Assembly (NCBI GenBank): GCA_951406725.2
Contig: OX597819.1
Location: 70,184,001 to 70,248,000, forward strand
DNA: 64,000 nt
Reading direction: 5' to 3'
Source: Octopus vulgaris
Lineage: Eukaryota
Shown here one piece after another: positions 1 to 13,264 of this stretch (positions within the stretch are counted from its first letter, which is position 1; every line of letters starts with the position of its first letter). The notes beneath the pieces were generated by a model. It made no database searches. It was not told the DNA's origin and saw nothing but the letters and a program-made list of their open reading frames with translations. The translations under genes and the position numbers were made by a program.

Positions 1-968
1 ACATACATGCACACATACATACACACACACACATACATACACACACACACATACATGCACTCATATATATATATACATACACATACATGCACACATACAT
101 ACATATATGCATGCATGTATATATGTCAGAGTATACAATACATACACATACATGAATATACTGTATACTCACACACATGTATGTGTATGAATATACAAGC
201 ATACCCATGCATATACATACCTACATAGCTACATACCTACATACATAAACAAGGATACACACATACACACATGCACTGCTTAGACAAACAGAGTCAAGGC
301 CAGCTGCCACATGCCTGGGTGTGCATTTGGTTGAAGTGACGTGGGTCCCAATTTCTAAGGGAAAGATGTTTGTCCAAAATGTTCCACATCCAACTGGACG
401 CTTATTGTTTACGCATAAAGCAAACAGAAAACACAAGGGAGGATGTCTTGTAGGCCAGTTGGACGGTTGGTTATTGGGTTAGTAACTGGTGGTGTTGATT
501 CGACAAGAGTAGGGAAGTGCTGTGCCTAGATTTCTGAGGGAGGTGGTTGTTGTTATTATTGGTGGTTGTATTGCAGTGGTAGTAGTGGTGTCACAGTAGT
601 GGTGGCGATAGTGGTGTAGCAGAGGCAGCAGTGGTGGTGGCAGCAGCAGTGTTGGTGTGGTAGTGGCAGTGTTGGTAGTTAGGGTAAAGGTGATGGTTGT
701 TTGTGGTTGGTGATAATTGCTGTTATTGCTGAGGTGGTAGTGAAAGGACGGTGGTGGTGGTAGCTGTGGTGGTCATCATCATCGTCATCGCCACGGTTGC
801 GGTAGCAGTAATGGTCGATAGTCTGTTGGTTCATTGGTTGGCTGGCTGCACTGGCATACTTGCATGCGTGCATATCCATATATCTGTGTGTGCATGTGTG
901 TCTGTGCATGTGTATGCATGTGTGTGAGTGTCTGTGTGTCTATGTATATGTCTGCATGTGTATGTATG

Positions 969-1006
<38 letters not shown>

Positions 1007-1729
1007 ATAGATAGAAGAGATCATAGTGCTATGTTGAAATGTAAAGGCAGGGTGCAGCAGGAAGAAAGGGGGAAGGTGAGGGAGTGATATGGAAAATACC
1101 GGAACACATGGAAAATACCAAAGCTTTCTCCATCCCAATCCAAACCCCATGGCACTTCCTCACCAAATACAAAGAATAAATCATTTTCCTCCAATTTCAA
1201 TACACACACACACACACAAATACACACAAACATATACACACATAACACATGCAAACACACACACACAAACATATACACATAAAAACACATGCAAACACAT
1301 ACACATACATACACATGCACGTACACAAGCAAACACACACTCACATACATGCAAACGTCATACATTCTTACATTTACACAGCCACATAAACATTTACATA
1401 TACACACACACATACACACACACAAGTACTACCTACACATACATATGTACATACACACACTCCTCTCTCCATCATTTAGCAATCTGCCTTCCTCTTCCCC
1501 CAACCAACAGAAACTTAATCTTTAATCAGAATTTCATTCATGCAACAATCATTATTGATACATTTACAATGGCCAGCCTGGTATGTGTTTGATGTAGTCT
1601 GTGCATGTGTGTGTGTATATATATATATATATATAAGTGTATGTTATATCTCAGTGTACGAGTGTGTGCATCATTGAGTGTTTGTAAACATGTGTATCTG
1701 TGTTGGTGTGTGTTGTTGGATGCATATTA

Positions 1730-2190
1730 TCATCATCATGAACGTCTGTTTCCCATGCTCGCATGGGTTGGGCGGTTTGACAGGTGCTGGCAAGGCTAGG
1801 AGCCACCCCAGGTTCCATTGTGTTTTTGCATAGTTTCTACAGCTGGATGCCCTTCATAATGTCAACCACTTTAACAGAATGAACTGGGTACTTTTTATGT
1901 GGCACCCACACCAGTGCTTTTTATACAGCGCCAGCACCAGTGCTTTTTAGCGCCTTTTATGTGACACCAGCACCAGTGCTTTTTACATAGCACCAGTACT
2001 TTTTATGTGGCACCAGCACCAATGCTTTTTAGGTGGCATCAGCACAGGTATTCTGTATGTGGCACCTGCACCAGTACTTTTTATGTGGCACCAGTACCAT
2101 TGCTTTTTATGTGGAACCAGCACCAGTGCTTTTTATGTGACACCAGCACCAGTGTTATTTACATGGCTCCAGCACCGGTGCAACACACCT
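1730..2190 (-). mobile_element. RTE-family 3' tail with expanded ~25-bp tandem array
   Basis: Reverse complement of the ...ccaacccatgccagcatggaaa...(gat)n tail, followed by gtggcaccagcaccagtgctttttat units. Confidence 0.75.
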
Positions 2191-2710
2191 GACCACAAGG
2201 CCATGTGCCTTCACAGAACACCTATTGTAAATTTTGTATATGAATATTCTAAAGATGCAGATGACCATCAAGAAAGTTGTAACCTTCATACTGTCAAGCT
2301 TACTTGTAAAAAAGCTGTGAACATGATGCAGTGATGTTCATGCCATTTCTAGCAACAAATCATCCGTTGGTGCTCAGTGGAATAACAGACATCCTTATTT
2401 GAAATACGGATAAGAATATGTGACAGGAATAGCATCCAGCAGTAAATGCAGTGTTTTGATAAGACATATGCATCTAACTGATTCCAGCATGGAAAGTGGA
2501 CATAAAACTTACTGAACAAATATTTATTGGGTCCAGTGCAGAACACCACACATTGTTCCCAAACAAAATCTCCTTTGGGCCAGACATGACTGGGTGGTTG
2601 AGCCCCACTAGAGCCCTGAGCCAACTAAAGCCTTGTGAGTGAATTTGGCAAATGGAAACTGAAAGTAGCCCATCATATATATACATATATAATAATAATA
2701 TACATATATA

Positions 2711-2757
<47 letters not shown>

Positions 2758-2869
2758 AATAATAATAATAATAATAATAAACAGTAACAACAAGAGAATG
2801 AGGTCTTGATATTAGATAAACAGAGGATTATATATATGTTTTATATATATGTTATACATTATAGAACAA

Positions 2870-3967
2870 ACATAGCTCTCATGTGCAGCAGATGCACAGG
2901 GGCAACACCACAGATACTCAGAAATCAGACTCCATCACATGCCAGGAGGAGACACTAGAATTAGCTGATGGCTTCTGCTGCCTAGGTGACTAAGTCTGTA
3001 GTGGGGCTGGATGCTCAGAGAGTTTTACCACTAGAATAAGAATAGCCTAGGCAAAGTTCAGAAAGCTTCTACCCCTACTAGTGACAAAGGGCTTCTCACT
3101 CAGAGTGAAAGGTAGATTGTAGGATGCATGTGTGCAAACTGCCATGCTTCACAGCAGTGAAACATAGGCTGTGACTGCTGAAAACATGCATAGGCTCGAA
3201 AGAAATTAAGCTAGCATGAACCACTGGATGTGTAATGTCAGTGTGCACACACGACGGAGTGTAAGCACCCCCAGAGAAATGTTAGACATAAGAAGCATCA
3301 CATGTGGCATGCAAGAGAGATGTTTGTGTTGGTATGGTCATGTACTGCAGATGGACGAGGAGAGCTGTGTGAAGAAGTGGCACTCCCAAACAGTGGAAGG
3401 AATCTGGAGTAGACAGAGACAATGACAAAAGACCGAGACCTCTGGAGGTGTACTGTGATTGAGAAGACCCGGCAAATAAAGTTAGTTCACAGCTGTAACC
3501 TACACCAGTGTCGCATAACCAGCCCACTCAAAAGTACCTTGGATTGTAGGGCGACATGCGATGCTTGAGGAAACCTATTGAGTCAAGTACATCAATATCA
3601 ACATCCATATCAAAATCAAGTCAAATGGAAATTGTAGTTGTGAACCCCGTGCCACTAGCATGTAAAAAGCACCATCCAAACATGACCGATGCCAGTGCTG
3701 CTTTGACTGGCTTCCGTGCTGGTGGCACGTAAAAAGCACCATCCAATCATGGTCGATGGTAGCTCCTCTGGCCCTGTGCCAGTGGCATGTAAAAAGCACC
3801 CACAACACTCTCAGAATAGTCGGTGTTAGGAAGGGCATCTAGCTGTAGAAACACTACCAGATCAGATTGGGGCCTGGTGCAGCCTCCTGGCTTCCCAGAC
3901 TGCAGTCAAACCATCCAACCCATGCCAGCATGGAAAACAGACGTTAAATGATAATGATGATGATGAT
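2870..3967 (+). mobile_element. 5'-truncated degenerate RTE (BovB-like) LINE: RT C-terminus plus long 3' UTR
   Basis: Translations FCCLGD..SG, WMCNV and WYGHVLQMDEESCVKK are typical of the RTE ORF end; the 3' end has (gat)n. Confidence 0.85.
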
Positions 3968-5117
3968 ATATACATGTGTGTGTGTGTTTGTTTTCTGCCA
4001 CTGCTTGACAACTGGCTTAGGTCTGTTTATGTCCCCTGTAACATAGCAGTTCAGCAAAATAAACTAACAGAATAAGCACCTGGCTTTAAAAAATAAGTAC
4101 TTCAAGGAAGTGCCACATCATGACCACAACCCTATGAGTGAAACAATTTAAAAGTTGGGCTTCACAGAGGCAAAGTGGCTGAGTTCCTTTCGAATGTTGG
4201 GCCTGACACAGGCAATAACCCAAAGACTCATCAAGCCAAGCAAAATCACAGTCATGGCACCCATGCCAGTGGTACATAGAAGCACCCATTACACTCTTGG
4301 AGTGGTTGGCATTAGGAAGAGCATCCAGCTGTAGAAAACCATGCCAAATCAGACTGAAGTCTGGTGCAGCCTTCCAGCTTACCAGCCCTGGTCAAACCGT
4401 CCAACCCATGCCAGTATGGACAACGGACATTAAATGATGATGATGATGATGACCTTCAAACATCTTGACTGGCCACCCAATACTTATTGACCTGTCTGAA
4501 TGCACTCTCAGAAATTGATCACTGGCTAAGAAAACCAAAATCAATACACCATGTGTGGCAAGCAAATACTGTATTTTTATATTTATTTAATGGGCTAATT
4601 AAATCCACAATTAACAAAGTTGTAACTAAATATTAGATTTCTACCTTCCACTATACAATTATGAAAATCTCATTAAACCATTTCTAAGTTCTTTCCCATA
4701 ACTTAACTTCAATTGTTTGTTATCTTTCGTTTGTTTCAGTCACTGGATTGTGCCCATGCTGGGGCACCACCTACAAAGGATTCTAGTTGGACAAATCTAC
4801 ATCAATACTTTTTTGTTTTTTTAAATTTGGTAACTTATCCTATTGGTTTCTCTTGCCAAACCGCTAGGTTACAAGGGACATAAACAAACAAATACTGGTA
4901 ATTTAGCAATGGTAGGGGACATATGCAAAGACATATATATAGCCTTGTGAGAAGATCTGATAGGCAGAACCTGAAAGTGTGTGTCCCATCAATTCAATAA
5001 CTGAGCAGTTTGGCAAAAGAGACTGATAGAATAAGTACCAGGTTTAAAGAAAATAAGTTCTGGAATCAATTCATTCCACTAAAACCTTTCAAACCAGCAT
5101 GGTCACAGTCAAAAACT

Positions 5118-5156
<39 letters not shown>

Positions 5157-5241
5157 TTAATGATAAAGGGTAAATTTAATTAATCAATTAATAATTTTAC
5201 CAAGTAGTTCGGTATGTTAAAAGAACCATTATTGTTAAACT

Positions 5242-5568
5242 TATACAAAAATTTTATAATTATAAACAATTATAATTAGGGTTTAGCAAAATTGCTTCAT
5301 CACATACTGAAATTTAGAAATAGCAGTTACATACTATTCTGCTACCATAAGATATCTCCCAGACAGCAATACTCTCAACTTACACAGGCAAAGAGATCAA
5401 AACCAGGTGGATTCCTTATTTTTTCTCTTTGCCTGTTTAAGTTAAGAGTATTGCTGTCTGGGAGATATCTTATGGTAGCAGAATAGCATGTAACTGCTAT
5501 TTCTAAATTTCGGTATGTGGTGAAGCAATTTTGATAAACCCTAATTATAATTATAAAATTTTTGTATA
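5242..5568. repeat. Long fold-back inverted repeat (~150-bp arms, 27-nt spacer) between (TA)n tracts
   Basis: 5242-5396 is the reverse complement of 5424-5568, e.g. gctaccataagatatctcccagacagcaatactct / agagtattgctgtctgggagatatcttatggtagc. Confidence 0.95.
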
Positions 5569-5715
5569 TTTATATATATATAGTAGAATAAGACATATAT
5601 TCATATTTTGAGTTCTATTTTTCCTGTTTGCACCAACCCTGAGCGTCCAATAATACTATATTCGTTCCACGTCCTCGCGTTGTTGTGTTTTTTTGGTGTT
5701 TTCTTGTTTGGATTA

Positions 5716-5785
<70 letters not shown>

Positions 5786-5789
5786 ATAT

Positions 5790-6170
5790 CTACATTGTTT
5801 ACATTATTTACATTTGACAGATATTTGTCCTCATCTTGTTTGTTGTTAACACGTTTTGGCTGATATACCCTCCAGCCTTCATCAGGTGTCTTGGGGAAAT
5901 TTCGAACCTGGGTTCTCATTCCTAAGGTATTTTTTGATATTATTATTATTATTCAGGTCATTGCCTGGAATCAAACTCGGAATCTTGGGGTTAGTAGCCC
6001 GTACTCTTAACCACTATGCCATATGCCCATGGGGCATATGGCATAGTGGTTAAGAGTTAATAATGATAATAATAATATCAAAAAATACCTTAGGAATGAG
6101 AACCCAGGTTCAAAATTTCCCCAAGACACCTGATGAAGGCTGGAGGGTATATCAGCTGAAACATGTTAAC
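5790..6170. mobile_element. Inverted dimer of a small element: tRNA-like head plus hammerhead-ribozyme relic
   Basis: Palindrome centred ~6030. Minus arm has A box TGGCATAGTGG and B box GAGTTTGATTCC. gacac-CTGATGA-aggctg..cagc(c/t)-(G/A)AAA-c-(g/a)tgtt occurs at 5848-5890 (-) and 6125-6167 (+). Confidence 0.75.
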
Positions 6171-6580
6171 AGGTGCAGGCATGGCTGTGTGGTAAGTAGC
6201 TTGCTTACCAAGCACACGGTTCCGGGTTCAGTCCCACTGCGTGGCACCTTGGGCAAGAGTCTTCTATTATAGCCTCGGGCTGACCTAAACCTTGTGAGTG
6301 GATTTGGTAGATGGAAACTGAAAGAAGCCTGTCGTATATATATATGTATATATATATATATAAATATGCATGCATATGTTTATGTGTCTGTGTTTGTCCC
6401 CCAACATCGCTTGTCAACCGATGGTGGCGTGTTTACGTCCCCGTAACATAGTGCTTCGGCAAAAGAGACTGATAGAATAAGTACTAGGCTTACAAAGAAT
6501 AAGTCCTGGGGTCGATTTGTTCGACTAAAGGCAGTGCTCCAGCTTGGCCGCAGTCAAATGACTGAAACAAGTAAAAGAGT
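6171..6580 (+). mobile_element. tRNA-derived CORE-like SINE (family A), full length. Other copies at ~10440(+), 10760(-), 12141(+), 20885(+), 26375(+), 27583(+), 28325(-), 35480(-), 37357(+), 45050(+), 46910(+), 49711(+), 53187(+), 55520(-), 60740(-), 63595(-)
   Basis: A/B-box-like head (tggctgtgtggtaag; gggttcagtccc), CORE-like ccttgggcaagt, internal TA/TG microsatellite, 3' ...gactgaaacaagtaaaaga; more than 20 copies or fragments in the window. Confidence 0.9.
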
Positions 6581-7250
6581 ATTCATTTCAGTACAAATAC
6601 CAAACCAGAGAGAAAGGCTCTTCTACATCGTTGTAGGCCATCTTAAGATTAATATTGACCCTGAGATTGGGAGTAGTTGTTTTTTTTTCAGTCATACCAC
6701 AAAATGAAAATGGAAAATTATCATAATTGGTATTTAAAAAATAGGGTTGGGAGGAGAATTAAACATTTAAAAAGCTGTTTTGTTAGTAAATCTGTGAAAA
6801 TCTTTCATTAGAAACGTAAGAACCCAAGAAAAAAAAAACATTTTTAAAAGACAAAATAGTAGGTGTCTGCCTATTTGATACGTCCATCAGGGAAGTGTCA
6901 ATGTGTATTGATATTCTCACTTTCATTTTCGGTTAATAAAACGAAAGAACATCTGCCCGAACTAAATCATACATCGACAGCAAATCAGAATATACATAGA
7001 TTAGCTTGGGCTCATTACATCCGTTGGAACCCTGGTCAAATGCCCTGCGAACCTACCTTAAAATGACAAAGCACTGGTGATTAACTTACTAGAAACAGAA
7101 AATCGAATCTCCTTTATATCACACCAATTGAACTAAGTTCGATAGAGTTCAAATTAAGTTTCCGTTGAACCTGTGGAGTGCATTGTTAATGCTGAGGATG
7201 TTTAAACTTGTTACTTCCTGATCTGCTTAAGTACCTTAAAGATTACACAC

Positions 7251-7287
<37 letters not shown>

Positions 7288-7520
7288 TCGCGTGTGAGTC
7301 GAATCAATATAAATGATATTGGTTATTGATTGGTATAATAATTTCTGGTTAGCTTTTTAATGCTCCCTTCAAAACGCTATTAGTAACCACACGCATACGT
7401 ACAAATATATAGATGCCTACATGAATCTCTACGCATACACGCGTATATACACACACACACGTACAAAACCATTCCCGCGCGCGCACACGCACACACACAC
7501 ACTTATATATATATATATAT

Positions 7521-7693
7521 ACTTTATTTAAAGCAGCAGAAAGTTCTACAAAACCTGTTACTCTGAGTTTCGCGAAACTCAGAGTAACAGGTTTTGTAGA
7601 ATTTTCTGCTGCTTTAAATAAAGCATATTACTCTACCACTGGTATTTGAGTACTCTTTTTTTCCACCTTGTTTCACATTTATGTGTTTACTCC

Positions 7694-7695
<2 letters not shown>
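7521..7695. mobile_element. Palindromic Penelope-type pLTR fragment carrying the 3' half of a hammerhead (same family as 13265-13508)
   Basis: Near-perfect palindrome centred on tttcgcgaaa (~7572); GAAA-ctcagag-TA-acag followed by aataaa. Confidence 0.7.
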
Positions 7696-7744
<49 letters not shown>

Positions 7745-7786
7745 GTAACACTCGCGCACAGTAGTGAATTCACTGAATCACCCACA

Positions 7787-7850
<64 letters not shown>

Positions 7851-8280
7851 GCGCGCTATATATGCCTGTATAAATTTGGACACCTAGGCGGAGACGGCGG
7901 AGCGACAAACTCACAAGTTGCCTCGAGCGGCACATACTCTAATTAAATATATATTACAAGCATAGACATGTCTACGCAATCATTTAAATGCAACTCTCAC
8001 CTACATAAATACATACATACGAATATATATACACTCACACACACACGCACACTGAGGGCCTCCAAGAGAAACGTCACAAGGCGAGACGCGATTGCTTTCA
8101 GGACCCCCGACTGGGGAAGGTGGAGACCTCTGCTTTCCATCTCGCTCGTTAGAAATTCATGTCCCCAATTTCATAAATCTCCAATCCCCTCTTTAGATAT
8201 ACTGGCAACAGTCTGATGTACAAGCTAAAACCCCTCTCACAGGCCCTGTGCTCACGCTAACATACACACACACACACATT

Positions 8281-8652
8281 TTTTTTCTACTCTAGGCACA
8301 AGGCCCGAAATTTGGGGGGAGGGTACCAGTCGATTAGATCGACCGCTATACGCAACTGGCTCTTAATTTATCGACTCCGAAAGGATGAAAGGCAAAGTCG
8401 ACCTCGGCGGAATTTGAACTCAGAACGTAACAGCAGACGAAATACCTATTTCTTTACTACCCACACGGGGCTAAACACAGAGGGGACAAACAAGTACAGA
8501 CATAGGTATTAAGTCGATTACATCGACCCCAGTGCGTAACTGGTACTTAATTTATCGACCCCGAAAGGGTGAAAGGCAAAGTCGATCTCGGCGGAATTTG
8601 AACTCACAACGTAACGGCAGACGAAATACCGCTAAGCATTTCGACCGACGTG

Positions 8653-8655
<3 letters not shown>
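8281..8655 (-). mobile_element. tRNA-derived SINE with Nin/Deu-like domain (family B), internally duplicated
   Basis: Reverse complement of gccgaggtcgactttgcctttcatcctttcggggtcgataaattaagtaccag, present twice. Confidence 0.85.
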
Positions 8656-8688
<33 letters not shown>

Positions 8689-10829
8689 AGAATCAGACTA
8701 AACGGCTCTGTTACTTCATTCATGCCCACTTTAAAAAAAAATTTATTTTACTGTTTATATACAAATCGTCTATAAACACATCCCTCTATGGAAATTGCTG
8801 ATATTGACTTTAAAAACTAAATCTAATACCCTAATACACACTTACACCTGTAATTTTGGGTTCGTTAAAGTTTGTTTTGAGAAAAGAAAGCAAAGAAGAA
8901 ATAAATCAAAACGCGAGCTGTTTATTTAAATAATCTGTAAGCATGTCAAATGTAATATGATATTCCATTTTAAATGTTAAGCGTAGCGAGGGGACCTATA
9001 TGTGGTCGCTCAAACTGATAGAATAGGAGCTCTCTTAACACACCCTGCTGTCTTAAAATATATATGTAACAAAAATAAAAAGTGTAATGACGAGTCAGAA
9101 AAAATAACAGTCAAAGCTAGAGCGCTTTTGGGTTGGTTTTGCTTAGTCAGGGTTGACCTGGCGCGGAGCAACGAACAGGGGCTCTTCGTGGTCGCTTGAA
9201 ACTGCTAGATATAGCAACCAAACTTTCATCAAATCGTACACAATAACACCTTAAAACATTCGAGTGATCATACTGGAAACTGATACAAGGTAGTTATTCT
9301 TAGATAACCCCAAGTTTCAACAAAAGACAGGGTGGACATAACTGTGAAGATTTTGATCATAGATTATCTTCATCAAGGCTAATCTATGGCTAGACAATAA
9401 GTGTTATTGTCTTGAATTTCAGTATCTGAACTTTCGGTTTCTAAAAAGAGGCGAATATCAAGATGAAGAAATTCTAAGTGTAAAAAGTAAAGAGAATTAA
9501 TGTATACATACATTATATAAGGTAGAATCCCATCTGTCGGTACCAAAACGCCTTTCACCATTATAAATCATTTGAAGAATGATACCAACATTTTACAAAG
9601 CAGCGAAACTTTTAAAGCATCGGATAGTAGACAAAATTGGAATTGATCAGTCATAATAGGAGACGTCGTAGGAGATTTGAAAAGAATACAACTATCGTGT
9701 TTGATAGAGTAATTTGGTAATTAAAAAAAATTTTAACTGGGAGAGAAACCAATGAATTCCAAAGTTCGTCCCTGGTGTGTCCGTCGATAAGGGTTCGTCA
9801 GAAATCAGTTGGTAGCATTTCCATGGCAATCTTTTACGTGGTTTCCTTCACAGATTAAAAGAAAATTCTAAAGCTACCTCTGAACAAAAACTAGAACAGC
9901 TATCACTGTGACAGCACTAAGGTAACTGAGTCGCATAGGGACGACGGACGATGGTAAAAGTAGGTGTGAATTAAGCAGTGTGTAATAACATACATAGTTA
10001 AAATATGCCAAAACTTTGAGAGGTTTAACTTTTATCAGGAGAAGAAATTATTACAACACGCTGAGTTATTATTGAGATCACTTAATTAGATGAAGCAATT
10101 AACAGCAGAGGTTGGTGAATTAAATGAAAATGAGAATAGTGTGAGAGCGAGCGCAGTATACATACATACATGTATGTACGTATGTGGGGGCGGGGGTTCT
10201 GTGAATGCTGATTTATATATCTGACTAATCTAATAAATTACATATGTTAAGCCTTTTTTTCTTTTCTATTTCAAATATTCTTTGTATGTTTTTCTTCTCT
10301 CTTTAATTGACCGGGCGTTATTGAATTAGGCTGGGACAAATGAAATATTATTATTAGTTTTCCAATTGATTTTACACACACACACATACTTTATTATAAT
10401 TAAAGCTGCTAGAACATCACTAAAATATCACTAAAAACTGGTTTGGGGTTCGATCCCACTGCGTGGCACCTTGGGCAAGTGTTTTCTACAATAGCCAACA
10501 AAAGCCTTGTGAGTGAATTTGGTGGACGGAAACTGAAAGAAGCCTGTCGTGTATGTATGTATGTATGTGTGTCTTTTTGTCTGTGTTTGTCCTCCCCACC
10601 ACCGCTTGACAACCGGTGTTGGTGTGTTTACGTCCCCGTAACTTAGTGGTTCGGTAAAAGAGACCAACAGAATAAGTACCAGGCGTTTAAAAAATAAGTA
10701 CTGGGGTTGATACAATCAAGCAAAAGTTCTTCAAGGCGGTGCCTGGGCATGGCCGCATTCTGACTGCGACCATACTAGGTCACCGACTTGAAGAATTTTT
10801 GTCGAACGAATCGGCAACCCCGGTACCTG

Positions 10830-10894
<65 letters not shown>

Positions 10895-11471
10895 AAGCGT
10901 GGTACATACTCTTTTGATATCTTTTGTCGAACTGCTAAGTTCCGGAGACGTGAACACACCGCATACGACTGGCTTCTTTCGATTTGCGTCTACCAAATCC
11001 ACTCGCAAGACTTTTGTTGAAGACATCTGGCGAAGGTGTTATGCAATGGAACTGAACCCGGAACCATGTGGTTAGGAAGCAAACTTACGTACATGTGTGT
11101 GGGTGTGTGTGTGTGTGGAGGGGTAACCAGGCGGTTGACTCACTTGGATACACAAACTTCTCTTGTTCTCTATAACTGAGCATACATCTCTCTGTTACGC
11201 GAGTTAACGGATTGCAAGCAGCTCAAATACGTGGCAATGGTGAATGCAAGGATGTTGCCCTTGTTGTCCCTTTTCTAGCCGAGCCGACACGAAAAAAAAA
11301 ATCGGGACCACAGCTTAAGAAAGATTGAATTTCGAAAATACAAGCTTGAACTTTAATGATGGTTTTGTTGTTCTGATTAACTTAAATTATAAAGTGACCA
11401 TGTTATTAAGTTGTGATACACAAGTGTAGTTTGTCACTATTTCCCATAAGTAACTCAATATTCACTGTACT

Positions 11472-12095
11472 ACGGCGGCGAGCTGTCAGAAACGTTAGCA
11501 CGCCGGGCGAAATGCTTAGCGGTATTTCGTCTGCCGTTTACGTTCTGAGTTCAAATTCCGCCGAGGTCAACTTTGCCTTTCATCCTTTCGAGGTCGATAA
11601 GTTCAGTACCAGTTGCGTACTGGGGTCGATCTAATCGGCTTATTCCCTTTGTCTGTTCTTGTTTGTCCTCTCTATGTTTAGCCCCTTGTGGGCAATAAAG
11701 AAATAAGAAACGTTAGCACGCCGGGCGAAATGTTCAGCGGTATTTCGTCTGCCGCTACGTTCTGAGTTCAAATTCCGCCGAGGTCGACTTTGCCTTTCAT
11801 CCTTGCGAGGTCGATAAATTAAGTACCAGTTACGCACTGGGGTCAATATAGTCGACTTAATCCGTTTGTCTGTCCTTGTTTGTCCGCTCAGTGTTTAGCT
11901 CCTTGTGGGTAGTAAAGAAATAGGTATTTCGTCTGCCGCTACGTTCTGAGTTCAAATTCCACCAAGGTTGACTTTGCCTTTCATCTTTTCGTAGTCGATA
12001 AATTAAGTACCAGTTGCGTACTGGGTCGATCTAATCGCCTGCCCCCCCCCCCAAAAAAAAAATTTTCGGCCCTTGCGCCTAGAGCAGAGAAGAAT
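11472..12095 (+). mobile_element. Family B (Nin/Deu-like) SINE, three internal tandem units. Other copies at 15731(+), 21481(+), 24381(+), 32870(-), 33585(-), 33840(-), 39510-40020(-), 41165(-), 41380(-), 53755(+), 54420(-), 54970(-), 58370(+)
   Basis: Head ggcggcgagctg.cagaaacgttagcac, B box gagttcaaattcc, repeated conserved domain and ...gtgcctagagtagaaaag tail. Confidence 0.88.
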
Positions 12096-12344
12096 ACTCA
12101 CTGTACTGTTGCAATTATAATAACATTATTTTATTTCCAAAGGTGCAGGAGTAAGTAGCTTGCTTACCAACCACATGGTTCTGGTTTCAGTCCCATTGCG
12201 TGGCACCTTGGGCAAATGTCTTCTACTATAGCCTCGGGCCGAACAAAGCCTTGTGAGTGGATTTGGTAGACAGAAACTGAAAGAAGCCCGTCGTATATAT
12301 ATATATATATATACATACATATATATATATATACATATATATAT

Positions 12345-13251
12345 GAGTGAAGCAAGGAGATACAATCTCCCCAAAACTTTTCACTGCATGTCTCGAACAG
12401 ATCATCAGAGACATCGAATGGCAAGGTGGTGTCAACATCAATGGCGAGCTCCTCACTCACCTCCGTTTCGCTGACGACATCGTATTCATCGCTGAAAACA
12501 TGGATCAGCTTCAGACCATGCTGACGGAGCTCGACATCAAAAGTTCTGCAGTAGGTCTCAAGATGAATGGCATGAAAACAAAGTTCATGCGGTCAGACAA
12601 CGTACCAACAGGTCGAATGGTGATCGGCAGTGATGAAATAGAGGAGGTGAGAGAATATGTCTACCTGGGACAGGAAGTAAATATGTGCCGGGATATCAAA
12701 AAGGAGATCTCACGGAGAGTAAGGGCCGGATGGAAGGCGTTCAATGACATAAGGGATGTGCTCAAGGGAAGGTTGGACAGGACCACCTGCGCCAACCTCA
12801 TTAACAGTGCAGTTCTGCCTGCAATGTTATATGGTAGTGAAACATGGGCTACCACAAAGAGAGAAGAGCAAAGACTGATAACGGATCAAAGAGCCATGGA
12901 AAGTCAATGCTTGGTATCTCGTTGAGAGAGCACATAAATAGCAACATCATCAGAAAGAAGTCCGGCGTGAGAGATGTCATCGCAGAGTATACTCGCAGCA
13001 AGTATAGATGGGCTGGACACGTCGCCCGGCTCACCGATAATCGGTGGACGCACGCAGTTGTCGAGTGGTACCCGCGTGAGCGGAAAAGACCACCCGGAAG
13101 ACCTCCACGACGGTGGAGTGACGATTTCAAGAGGACGATTGAGATCATGTGGATGAGAAAGGCGCGATCCAGAGAGGAGTGGACAGCGTGCTGTGACCAG
13201 CGGTATCAAATGGACGCCTGACGGACTGGTCGGTCAAAGTGATCAAAGTGA
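12345..13251 (+). mobile_element. Young 5'-truncated RTE LINE (RT domain to 3' end) with one frameshift near 12900, inserted in the (TA)n of a SINE
   Basis: QGDTISPKLF, LRFADDIV, EYVYLG, LYGSETW, WAGHVAR and KRPPGRPPRRW motifs; 3' tandem tcaaagtga x2. Confidence 0.95.
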
Positions 13252-13264
13252 TATATATATATAT

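Noticed and set aside
5956-6028. tRNA gene (anticodon ACT)
   Set aside because: Acceptor stem poorly paired, atypical anticodon, embedded in a repeat; treated as a SINE-like head
9377-9940. Possible old LINE fragment or exon on the minus strand
   Set aside because: No diagnostic motif recoverable by eye; multiple stops
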